A stretch of 64,000 bases of DNA from an uncultured Gammaproteobacteria bacterium (GTDB taxonomy: Bacteria > Pseudomonadota > Gammaproteobacteria > Steroidobacterales > Rariloculaceae), in contig CAWFPH010000002.1 of assembly GCA_963817615.1 (NCBI GenBank), forward strand, positions 1,539,274 through 1,603,273, read 5' to 3'. Position 1 is the stretch's first letter, and each line of letters opens with the position of its first letter. Shown one piece after another: positions 26,532 through 35,106 of this stretch. The position numbers and the translations under genes are program-made. The notes under the pieces were generated by a model. It did not search any database. It was given only the letters and a program-made list of their open reading frames with translations, and was not told where the DNA came from.

Positions 26532-29009
26532 CTACTCCGCCGCCAGCACCTGCGCCGGATCGATCGCCGACGCGCGTCGCGCCGGCAGGTAGCTCGCGAG
26601 CGCCGCGACGGCGATCAGAAGGAGCGCGGCGCCGACGTAGGTCGGCGGGTCGAGCGGCGTTACCGCCGCGAGCAGCGAGGTCATCAGCCGCGTCACGGCG
26701 GCCGCCACGGCGCAGCCGAACGCGACGCCGATCAACGCGAGCCCCACGCCGTACGTCAAGAACGTGCGCCGCACGTGACGGTCCTCCGCGCCGAGCGCCA
26801 TGCGAATCGCGATCTCGCGGCGCCGCAACGACGCGGCGTAAGACAGCACGCCGTACAGCCCGATCACGCCGAGCGCGAGGGCGACGCTGCCGGCGGTTGC
26901 GAGCATCATGAGCGTGAACGTGGTCCGCGCGAGCGACTCCGCGTAGACGTCCTGCATCGTGCGCGGTGATGCCAAGGGCAAGCTCGAGCCGACCGACCAG
27001 ACCGCACGCTGCACCTGCCGCATCAGCTCGGCGCTGCCCGCGAGCGGGCTGCGGAGCGTCACCGTCATCCGCCGCAGCACGGGGCCGCCGAAGCCGTTTC
27101 CGGCGTTGCCCTTGAACGGCGGCCAGTACACGATCACCGGCGCCGGCTGGTCGAGCCCGTTGTCTCGCACGTCCTGCACCACGCCCACGATCTCGTGCCA
27201 CCGCTCGTCGACGCCGCGAATGCGCTTGCCGAGCGCCGCGGCGGGCTCGCCGAACAGCTCCCGCGCGAAGTTCTCGGAGATCATGACGACGGGCGCTGCC
27301 GCGTACACCTCGTCCCACGTGATGTCGCGGCCGGCGACGAGCCGCGTGCCCGCCGTCGCCAGGAATCCCGGCGACACGAACTTGAACCGGCGCAGCGGCG
27401 CCGGCGCGGCGGGATCGACGGGACGGCCCTCGACCCCGACGACGTTGGCGGCGGTGTTGTATCCGGACATGATCGGCAAATCCGCGAACGCCGCCGATTG
27501 CACGCCCGGGATGGCGGCGAGCCCGTCGACGATGTCTTTCTCCATCCGCATGACCCGCTCGGGATCGCTCACGAGCCGCTCGGGAATCGAGAGCCGAAAA
27601 GTCTGCAGCTCCTCCGGGCGGGTGAACCCGGGCTCGACGCTGCGCAGCGCCTGAAACGTGCGGATCATGAGCCCGGAGCTCACGAGCAGCACGAAAGCGA
27701 GCGCCACCTGCACGACGACGAGCACGTTCTGTGCGCGGCGGCTCTCGCGGCCCTGGCTCGATGCGCGCCCTTCGCGCAACGCCGTCATCACGCGCGGCAT
27801 GGCGTACTTCAGAGCCGGCACGAGCCCGAGCACGATGCCGGCGACGAGCGCTACGCCGAGCGCGGCCGCGACGGCGCGGCCGTCGAGCGCGATTTCGTCG
27901 ATTCGCGGCAGGCCGGCCGGCGCGAGGCGCAGCAGCGGCTTCAGCACGGCGAACGCGACCGCGAGCCCGAGCACGCCGCCCGCGAGGCCCAGCACTACGC
28001 TTTCGAGTATCAAGCCGCGCGCGATGCGCCACGAACCGCCGCCGAGCGCGGCGCGAACGGCGAGCTCGCGCTCGCGGCCCTGGCCCCGAACGAGCAGCAG
28101 GTTCGTGAGGTTCGCGCAGGCGATCAGCAGCACGGTCGCGATCGTGCCCATGACCACCCAGAGCACGCTGCCGATGTTGCCGATCACGTCCTGCTTGAGC
28201 GGGATCAACGCGGGACCGATTTTCCACACGTCCGTGTAGAAGCGCGCATCGCCGCCGGGGAACGGCGGCCACGACTGGAGCCAGATCGGCAGCAGGCGGG
28301 CCACGTCGGTATTCGCCTCGGCCGTCGTGACGCCGGGCTTGAGCCGCGCGATACCGCCGTAATCGAACGTCGGCAGCAGGAGGCGGCTGCGATCGAACTG
28401 CATCGGGACGAGCAGGTCCGCATTGGTGTCGGCCACGCGAAAGCCCTTCGGCATCACGCCGATGATCTCCGCCGCCACGCCGTTGCCCGTGATCTTGCGC
28501 CCGATCACCGAACGCTCTCCGCCGAAGCGCCTCTGCCAATAGCCGTAGCCGAGCATCGCCGTGGGTGCGGCGCCGAGCTCGAAGTCCGCGGCCGAGAACG
28601 ACCGGCCGAGCAGCGGCGCAACGCCGAGCGTCGGCAGCAATCCGTCGCTGACGCGCACGGCCGGGACTTCTTCGGGCTCGCCCAAACCGGTGACGCTTTC
28701 GCTCGCGGGCGTCCATATCCCGAGCCGCTGAAACACGCGGTTGTGCTCGGCATAGGTGAAGAACATGGAGGCCGACACCGGCAGCCGTCCGCCGTTGAAC
28801 TGCGCCCCCGGAACGCTGTGCCAGATCGCGACGAGCTCGTTTGCTTGCGGATACGGCAGCGGCTTCAGCAGCACGCCGTCCACGACGCTGAAGACGGCGG
28901 TGTCCGCGCCGCTGCAAATTCCGAGCGTGAGCACGGCCACGAGCGTGAACAGCGGGCTGCGGCGCAACGCGCGCAGGGCGTAACGAAGGTCATGGAGCCA
29001 AGCCGCCAC
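26532..29009 (-). CDS. ADOP-type duplicated ABC permease
   Basis: I place the start at GTG 29009 (VAAWLHDLRYALRALRRSPLFT...), which matches the family N-terminus. An in-frame ATG at 29105 would add 32 Arg-rich residues. The C-terminus is YLPARRASAIDPAQVLAAE. The gene is convergent with 24020-26458. Confidence 0.85.
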   Translation of the reverse strand: MAAWLHDLRYALRALRRSPLFTLVAVLTLGICSGADTAVFSVVDGVLLKPLPYPQANELVAIWHSVPGAQFNGGRLPVSASMFFTYAEHNRVFQRLGIWTPASESVTGLGEPEEVPAVRVSDGLLPTLGVAPLLGRSFSAADFELGAAPTAMLGYGYWQRRFGGERSVIGRKITGNGVAAEIIGVMPKGFRVADTNADLLVPMQFDRSRLLLPTFDYGGIARLKPGVTTAEANTDVARLLPIWLQSWPPFPGGDARFYTDVWKIGPALIPLKQDVIGNIGSVLWVVMGTIATVLLIACANLTNLLLVRGQGRERELAVRAALGGGSWRIARGLILESVVLGLAGGVLGLAVAFAVLKPLLRLAPAGLPRIDEIALDGRAVAAALGVALVAGIVLGLVPALKYAMPRVMTALREGRASSQGRESRRAQNVLVVVQVALAFVLLVSSGLMIRTFQALRSVEPGFTRPEELQTFRLSIPERLVSDPERVMRMEKDIVDGLAAIPGVQSAAFADLPIMSGYNTAANVVGVEGRPVDPAAPAPLRRFKFVSPGFLATAGTRLVAGRDITWDEVYAAAPVVMISENFARELFGEPAAALGKRIRGVDERWHEIVGVVQDVRDNGLDQPAPVIVYWPPFKGNAGNGFGGPVLRRMTVTLRSPLAGSAELMRQVQRAVWSVGSSLPLASPRTMQDVYAESLARTTFTLMMLATAGSVALALGVIGLYGVLSYAASLRRREIAIRMALGAEDRHVRRTFLTYGVGLALIGVAFGCAVAAAVTRLMTSLLAAVTPLDPPTYVGAALLLIAVAALASYLPARRASAIDPAQVLAAE

Positions 29010-29086
29010 TACTCGATCCTCTTCCCGTCGGCCGCATGAAGAGCGCGCGGCCGGAACGTGCGGACGCCCGGTGTGCTGGACGTCCG

Positions 29087-29133
29087 TTTGCGAAAGGCGT
29101 GCCATGGGGCGGCCTCGAGCAACTCCTTGATTT
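29087..29133 (-). other. conserved element upstream of an ADOP gene (copy A)
   Basis: AAATCAAGGAGTTGCTCGAGGCCGCCCCATGGCACGCCTTTCGCAAA on the minus strand. The first 16 nt are identical, and the rest similar, to 59567-59613 upstream of the third ADOP gene. Confidence 0.45.
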
Positions 29134-29270
29134 CGTGCTCGGACGCGTCGCGTCCGTCGAATCGGCGTCCCGAATCCGGACAGCCCGGCCCAGCGGTGGG
29201 AGATGCCGCTCGAAAGGCCGGGCGTTTTTGTTGTCTTCTTTTGGTTGACCGGCGTCGCTAGCGCGATGCT

Positions 29271-29660
29271 TCAGGCAACGATCTCGACACGATTGCCGTC
29301 GGGGTCGAGCACCACGCTTTCGTAGTAGCCGTCACCCGTGCGGCGCGGACCATCGAGGATGGCGTGGCCGTCCGTGCGCAGTCGTTCTGTTAGCTCGTCG
29401 ACGCGTTGTTGGGATCCGACCGACACTGCGAAATGGGTCAATCCCATGCGCTGTGCGCCCGCTTCGTAGCGAACCGGTGAGAGTGTCGTCGTGCGCATGA
29501 GCTCGAGTCGCGCGCCGGTTTCGAAGCTCACGAAGCGCGACTCGAATCCTTTCCGCTCGTTTTCGTACTTGTCCGCGACCGTCGCGCCGAAGTAGCGCTG
29601 ATAAAAGGCGACGAGGCGCTCGAGGTCGTCGGTCCAGAGCGCGACGTGCTCGATCTTCAT
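29271..29660 (-). CDS. VOC (glyoxalase) family protein
   Basis: Internal ATG at 29660 (MKIEHVALWTDDLERLVAFYQRYFG ... HFAVSVGS ... VVLDPDGNRVEI). Product is 129 aa. Confidence 0.85.
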   Translation of the reverse strand: MKIEHVALWTDDLERLVAFYQRYFGATVADKYENERKGFESRFVSFETGARLELMRTTTLSPVRYEAGAQRMGLTHFAVSVGSQQRVDELTERLRTDGHAILDGPRRTGDGYYESVVLDPDGNRVEIVA

Positions 29661-29668
29661 GTCGCCGC

Positions 29669-29902
29669 CTACCCGTGGGGGTTGAACACGCGCTTCGTCG
29701 AAGGCGGGTGTTTCGCGAGCTTTTCGGCAGGTCGCCGGGGTCTCGCAACGAGCTCGCCGCCGCAGTTGGGGCAACGGCCGCCGAGCGCGCCTTCCGCGCA
29801 CTTTACGCAGAACGTGCATTCGAAGGAGCAAATCCTTGCATCGCACGAGTCCGGCGGCAGGTCCACGTCGCAGCGTTCGCAGCCGGGGCGCAATTCCAGC
29901 AT
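29669..29902 (-). CDS. DUF1272 domain protein (Cys-rich)
   Basis: Start at ATG 29902 (MLELRPGCERCDVDLPPDSCDARICSFECTFCVKCAEGALGGRCPNCGGELVARPRRP), the pattern I recall for DUF1272. It lies 8 nt upstream of the VOC gene on the same strand. Confidence 0.75.
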   Translation of the reverse strand: MLELRPGCERCDVDLPPDSCDARICSFECTFCVKCAEGALGGRCPNCGGELVARPRRPAEKLAKHPPSTKRVFNPHG

Positions 29903-30229
29903 GGCAGGCTCCTCGAAGCAGTGAAGGGGGCAAGGATAAGCGCAGGCCATGGCGATGTCCCTGCCCCCATCGAACCGGCCACCGGTCGAATCCGGGCGTC
30001 GATTACACCGCAAGGTCGGTCGAGCGGAACCTCGAGCCGTCCGGCAATGTCGGCCGTCGTCGCGCCCTAGTCCGCGAGCCGCAAGGTGCAGCCCGCGAAG
30101 GAGTTGGCCGACGCGGTGCGGCGCGTGCATCGCGGGCAGCGGGTGATCGATCCGCAGCTCGCGCCCGAGTCCGCGGACGTCATACCGTCGATTCGTCTCT
30201 ATTCGTACGGCCGCTCTCGGCGGCTCATC

Positions 30230-31678
30230 TCACTTCTTGCTGAAGTCGAAGATGTCGGTCTCCGCGGGTCGTTGCATGCCCTTCTCGAAATATTCCTCCC
30301 ACAGGTGCGCCCACGGCCGGCCGAACATGTCGGGCACTTCAAACTCGAACTTGGCGCCTGGCGTCAATGGAGTCGCGTGCCCGTTGACCGGAAAAATCGT
30401 CGCGATGCACTCGATGAACGGCGGCGGATCGCCTTCCTCGAACCCGGACAGGCGCGCGTAGTTTCGAACGATGCGGATGGGCTCAACGAACGCTTCCGGG
30501 TCGTAGAAAATGGCTTCGTGGTTCAGCGCCGTGACCTTGCCTGCCTTGTCGCGCACGGGCGTGTAGATCTCGATCGTCTGCAATTTGCTCGAAAATTCGA
30601 ACACGCCGTGACCGGCCCAGCCCTGGATGTTCGACGTCCAGGTGATCAACGCGTCCTTGTCCCAAAAGCCGATCGTCTCGCCGTACCAGCGCGGCACGGC
30701 CGGGCCCAAGCGCGGCACGCCGCCCTTCGCGACGTCCTCCATGTTGAAGCTGCGCCCGATATGGATGTTCGTGATGAAATTGTCGGCGACGCCCGCCTCG
30801 ATGTGCACGAGCGACGGCGTCACGATCACGGTCTGCGGGAACTGGATCGCGGCCGAGTACCAGCGGCGCATGAAGCCCTCGGGCCAGCAGTATTGCGACG
30901 GCCACTCCGGCGCGTTCGTGTTGCCCTGGTGGTACATGTCCTGAACGAAGCGCTTCTGATATTCCGGCGTGAGCACCGAGAGCACGGTCGGGAGCTGCAC
31001 GCCGAGCATCGCCGAGTACCAGTTGTCGAAGAAGCCGCCCGGCGCGTAGCGGCCGTTCAATTCTCCGGGAACGGTGGCGTACGTATGATGAGTGGGACCG
31101 CCGCGCTTCTTCGTTTCCGCGAGCAGCGCTTCGTAATGCTCCTGCGCCGTCTTGAATTTGTACGGGCTTACGATGCCCGCACGCGGATAGTCGCGGTCGC
31201 AATACCCCCACGCGGCGGAGCGCGGCGGGTCCTTGCCGATCATCGAGTTGGCATTCCCGCCTCGTTGCGACTCGAGCCCGAACGGGCTGTTGCAGCGGAA
31301 ATAGCGCTTGTCGGTCCAAAGCGCGCGATCCGCGTAGAAGTCCTTCGACGTGAAGAGATCGATCGGTAGGGCTTGCACACCCGCCGGCACGGCGCCGTCC
31401 GAAGCGGCGACGACGCGCAGCGGGCCGAACGCGATGGGTCCAACGAACGGAACGCGGTTGAGCGCTTCCGTGGCCCGCTGCGTTGCCGCCGGATCCGCAT
31501 TGGCAGCCCGCGGGCCGAGCGGGAACGAGATGGACTGCAGCGCCCCGGCCACCGGCGCGCCGCGGCCGACGCTCTTGAAACCGGGGTCGGCCACCTGTTG
31601 AGCTGCGACGGGCGCGGCGAGCTGTGCCGCACAAGCGACCGCGGTCGCGGCCGCCCATACACGTTGACTGAACTTCAC
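30230..31678 (-). CDS. secreted hypothetical protein (482 aa)
   Basis: GTG at 31678 follows GGGGAGAAAG. It has a signal peptide (VKFSQRVWAAATAVACAAQLAAPVAAQQ). It is Trp/Tyr-rich and I recognise no family. Confidence 0.7.
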   Translation of the reverse strand: MKFSQRVWAAATAVACAAQLAAPVAAQQVADPGFKSVGRGAPVAGALQSISFPLGPRAANADPAATQRATEALNRVPFVGPIAFGPLRVVAASDGAVPAGVQALPIDLFTSKDFYADRALWTDKRYFRCNSPFGLESQRGGNANSMIGKDPPRSAAWGYCDRDYPRAGIVSPYKFKTAQEHYEALLAETKKRGGPTHHTYATVPGELNGRYAPGGFFDNWYSAMLGVQLPTVLSVLTPEYQKRFVQDMYHQGNTNAPEWPSQYCWPEGFMRRWYSAAIQFPQTVIVTPSLVHIEAGVADNFITNIHIGRSFNMEDVAKGGVPRLGPAVPRWYGETIGFWDKDALITWTSNIQGWAGHGVFEFSSKLQTIEIYTPVRDKAGKVTALNHEAIFYDPEAFVEPIRIVRNYARLSGFEEGDPPPFIECIATIFPVNGHATPLTPGAKFEFEVPDMFGRPWAHLWEEYFEKGMQRPAETDIFDFSKK

Positions 31679-31882
31679 GACTTTCTCCCCCCATTGATCG
31701 CTGCGCGGCATCGTACGCTGGCGGCCGCACCGGGGTCCACGCGTCGTCGTGCCGCCCGCGGACTTTCGGCCGCCCCTCGCTCGTTCCACTGCCCAAGGAT
31801 CGGCCGGCGGCTCGGCCGCGTTGATCGGGGCTCGGTACGCGCCGGGCATCGCCGCCCGGCGCGTACCGAGCCCGCTTCGATC

Positions 31883-31969
31883 TCATCGATCGAGCGTGTG
31901 CAGCGACGGGCTCAGAATCAAAACCGGCGTCAGCAGCACGAAGAGCAATACGGCAATCGTCGTCAGCAT
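31883..31969 (-). CDS. candidate 28-codon hydrophobic small ORF
   Basis: Not in the track. AAAGGAGAGAGCC-ATG, then MLTTIAVLLFVLLTPVLILSPSLHTLDR*. There is one predicted TM helix, and 22 of 28 third positions are G/C. Confidence 0.35.
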   Translation of the reverse strand: MLTTIAVLLFVLLTPVLILSPSLHTLDR

Positions 31970-32387
31970 GGCTCTCTCCTTTTGGGTTTCCCGTGTGTGG
32001 CGGCGCACCGTTTCGAACTGAACGAGCGCCGCCTCTAACACGTCGTCGAACGACGGGGCGCGAGATCGACATGCCGCGCCGGCGAGATTTGCGGCGGCGA
32101 TTCAGTACGCGGGGGAGCTGCGGACGTCGAGAAGCTCAAGGGGGGGGGTTGCCATGGCCGGCGTTTCAACGGCGAGCATCGAGAAGGTGGCGCTCATCGA
32201 GCGCATCGAGATGCGAGCGCCGCGCTTGCAGCGCCGGAACGAGCGTTCTAGCGCCCCATGTTTTCCAGCGGGCGGAGGCCCTTTTGAAGCCCGCGGACGA
32301 CTGAGTCTCTGACCGGCTCCGGAAAACCGGCCGGCAGCGCCGCCGTTACGTCCGCAACGGCTTTCGCGGCACGCCGCGGAACTGCCG

Positions 32388-33749
32388 TCAACCGGCCGCC
32401 GCCGAGCGCTGCAAGCCGCCCGCCGCGACCCCGGGTGTGCGCGCCATGGCGGGTTTCAGGCACAGCATCGCGATCGCCGCGATCAACGCCGGCACGGCTG
32501 CGGCCAGGAACAGCTGCTCCGTCGTCCAGTGCGCGCGCATCAGCTCCGCGAGCGACGGCCCGATCACGGAGCCGAGCCGACCGACGCCGAGCGCCGCGCC
32601 GACGCCGGACGCGCGCAGATCGGTCGGGTAATAGGTCGCGGTCAGCGCATTCAAGCCCGCCTGGCCGCCGAGGATGCCGAACCCCGCCACGAACACGACC
32701 GTGAACAGCAGCGCGACCGACAGCGGCTGCCCGATCGCGCCGATCGACACGCAAGCGGCGAGAAACCCGGTCGTCAGCACCCAGAAGAAGCCGAAACGGC
32801 GGATGGGCCAACCGAGCAGGAACGCGCCCACCGCGCCGCCGCTCTGAAACGTGGTGCCGACCAGCACCGCAATGCTCGTCGCGAGACCGGCCTCGCGCGC
32901 GATCGTCGGCAGCCACGTCGACAAGAAATACAGGTTCAGCAGATTCATGAACGCGACGACCCACAGCAGCGCGGTGCCGGCGCCGCGCCCTTCGCCGAAC
33001 AGCTGCACGATCGGCACGCCTTTGCGGCGCGGCTGCTCGTCGACGACGTATTCGGCGGCCGGGCCCACGGGCGCCGCCGGCGCGATGCGCTTGAGCCATG
33101 CGCCGAGCCTGTCGAGGTGCTTGCGCCGCAGCGTCAGGAACTGCAGCGATTCCGGCAGCCACAGGAGCATCGCGACGCCGAGCACGAGCGGAATCGTGCC
33201 GCCGACGTAGAACACGGTCCGCCAGCCGAAAGCGGGGATCAGCCACGCCGCGAGGAAGCCGCCGGCCGCCGCCCCGATCGTGAACCCGTTCGACACGATC
33301 AGCATCGCGACGATGCGCGCCCGCTTCGGGCTGAATTCGCTGACGAGCGCGACCGCATTCGGCATCGTCGCGCCGAGACCGAGGCCCGCGAGGAATCGCA
33401 CCGCGAGCAGTTGCGGCAGCGACTCGACCTGCGCGGTCAGCAGCGTGAGCACGCCGAAGTACAGCGTCGTGCCGATCAGCACGGGCCGCCGTCCGATCTT
33501 GTCCGCCAGCATGCTGAACGCGAGCAAGCCGACCAGCAGACCCAGCAGCCCCGAGCTCGCGACGCGGCCGGCCGCGCTCGGAATTTGCCATTCGGCGAAC
33601 ACCGACGGCGCGACATAGCCCCACGACTGCACGTCGAAGCCGTCCATCAGGAGACAGAGCCCGCAGAGGACGTAGACGCCGATCTGAAACCCGCCGATGC
33701 GGCTGTTATCGATGAGCTCCGTGATGTTGATCCGCGTGCTGTTCGCCAT
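32388..33749 (-). CDS. MFS transporter, aromatic acid:H+ symporter-like (PcaK/MhpT type)
   Basis: Internal ATG at 33749. The pattern MDGFDVQSWGYVAP ... LADKIGRRPVL ... is typical of the AAHS subfamily. It has about 12 hydrophobic segments. Confidence 0.85.
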   Translation of the reverse strand: MANSTRINITELIDNSRIGGFQIGVYVLCGLCLLMDGFDVQSWGYVAPSVFAEWQIPSAAGRVASSGLLGLLVGLLAFSMLADKIGRRPVLIGTTLYFGVLTLLTAQVESLPQLLAVRFLAGLGLGATMPNAVALVSEFSPKRARIVAMLIVSNGFTIGAAAGGFLAAWLIPAFGWRTVFYVGGTIPLVLGVAMLLWLPESLQFLTLRRKHLDRLGAWLKRIAPAAPVGPAAEYVVDEQPRRKGVPIVQLFGEGRGAGTALLWVVAFMNLLNLYFLSTWLPTIAREAGLATSIAVLVGTTFQSGGAVGAFLLGWPIRRFGFFWVLTTGFLAACVSIGAIGQPLSVALLFTVVFVAGFGILGGQAGLNALTATYYPTDLRASGVGAALGVGRLGSVIGPSLAELMRAHWTTEQLFLAAAVPALIAAIAMLCLKPAMARTPGVAAGGLQRSAAAG

Positions 33750-34081
33750 TCGGGAAGCTCCGGCCGTTGCTCGGGTCGTCGGCCGGACGCGCGCGCTGCG
33801 ACGCATGCGGCTTCGCGGGGTCGAGTGTGCGCGAGAACGACTGCGCGTGGCAAACCGCGCGCGAAGCCGCGCATCGCGAGCGTTGCGGCGTCCGGGATCG
33901 GAAACGGCGGCGGATTGCAGCTCGATCACGCCGGAGCCGAGCACGCCGACCTCGTCGCGACGTTGTCGGTCTAGCGACTTCCCGTCGCCGAGCACGACGG
34001 GCGCCGTTTCGAAGGGCTATGGGCGTTCCGGGAATCCGCGAAGCGGGCAAGCTCCTCGCATCGGCGGGCCCGAGCCGTCTG

Positions 34082-35011
34082 CTACTTCAGCCCCTTTGCC
34101 TCTACGTCCCAGTTCGGATTCTTGCAGAGCCCGCAGTCCTTGCCGACGAACATCGCACCCGCCTTCTTGTCGCCCTTGAGCTGCCATGCGGCCCAGCTCC
34201 ACGCGACGTTCGCGAACTCGCCGCCGCCCGGGTGGAAGAACGTCGCGCTGTGTCCCGCGCCGTGGCGCGAGCCGTAGAACGCCGGCTTCTTTTCGAGCCA
34301 GTCGTAAGTGGACTTCGACGTCTCCATCATGAAGTCGGTTTTGTTGCCGTTCACGAGTAGCGCGGGGCCGTGCAGCTTCGCGAGCGTTGCGACGTCCGGG
34401 ATCGGAAACGGCGGCGGATTCTTGGGATCGAGCTTCATCACGCCGGAGTTGAACACGCCGATCGTCTTCACGCGCGGGTCGGCGCCCACCTCGATCGAAA
34501 GGAAGCCGCCGCACGAGCTGCCCATCGCGGCCATCTTGTTCACCGCGATCTTGCCCTTGAGCGGCGAGCCGTCGCGCTTGTTCTCCTTGTCCGCCCAGTC
34601 GAGCGCGGCGCGCAGGTCGTCGACGTTCGCTTGCCGCCGCGCCGCGCCCTCGATCGGCGCCGTGCCGATCACGAGAAAGCCGTGCGAGGCCACCGTGTCC
34701 ATGAAGCCCATGAAGGCTTTGCTGTCGATCGCGCAGCCGCCGTTGCCCCACGCAATCACGGGCAGCGTGTCCTTCTTCGGGAACGCGTCGAGATTGGCCG
34801 GACGAACGATGACGTGGCCCGGCGAGCCGAACGCGGGCTCGGACGTGACTTCGTACGCGCCCTTCTCGGCGAGCGGTGCGCCTTCCACCGGCAACGACGT
34901 GCGGATCATGTCCGGCGTCACGTTCGCGAAAGGCCGGTCGGCAGCAAAGCTCGAGCCGGCGAGCGCGAGTAGAACGAGCGCGCTGGCGGTGATTACGGTC
35001 GGCTTCAACAT
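34082..35011 (-). CDS. secreted alpha/beta hydrolase (dienelactone-hydrolase/chlorophyllase-like)
   Basis: ATG at 35011 and a signal peptide (LVLLALAGSSFAADRP). The nucleophile-elbow-like motif is AAMGSSCGG (G-x-S-x-G). WGNGGCA is typical of this group. Confidence 0.75.
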   Translation of the reverse strand: MLKPTVITASALVLLALAGSSFAADRPFANVTPDMIRTSLPVEGAPLAEKGAYEVTSEPAFGSPGHVIVRPANLDAFPKKDTLPVIAWGNGGCAIDSKAFMGFMDTVASHGFLVIGTAPIEGAARRQANVDDLRAALDWADKENKRDGSPLKGKIAVNKMAAMGSSCGGFLSIEVGADPRVKTIGVFNSGVMKLDPKNPPPFPIPDVATLAKLHGPALLVNGNKTDFMMETSKSTYDWLEKKPAFYGSRHGAGHSATFFHPGGGEFANVAWSWAAWQLKGDKKAGAMFVGKDCGLCKNPNWDVEAKGLK

Positions 35012-35106
35012 GGTGTCTTTTCCTGAACGAAAGCGTGGTGCCGAAATCTTCGCCGGTTCCCGAAGGGTTTTCCAGTCCATTTCGCGGCGTCGCGAAAGCG
35101 CGCGCA

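Noticed and set aside
32140-32148. G9 homopolymer in the gap upstream of the 482-aa secreted-protein gene, as a possible phase-variation tract
   Set aside because: It lies about 460 bp from the nearest start codon and is not inside any ORF I accept. No evidence links it to expression switching.
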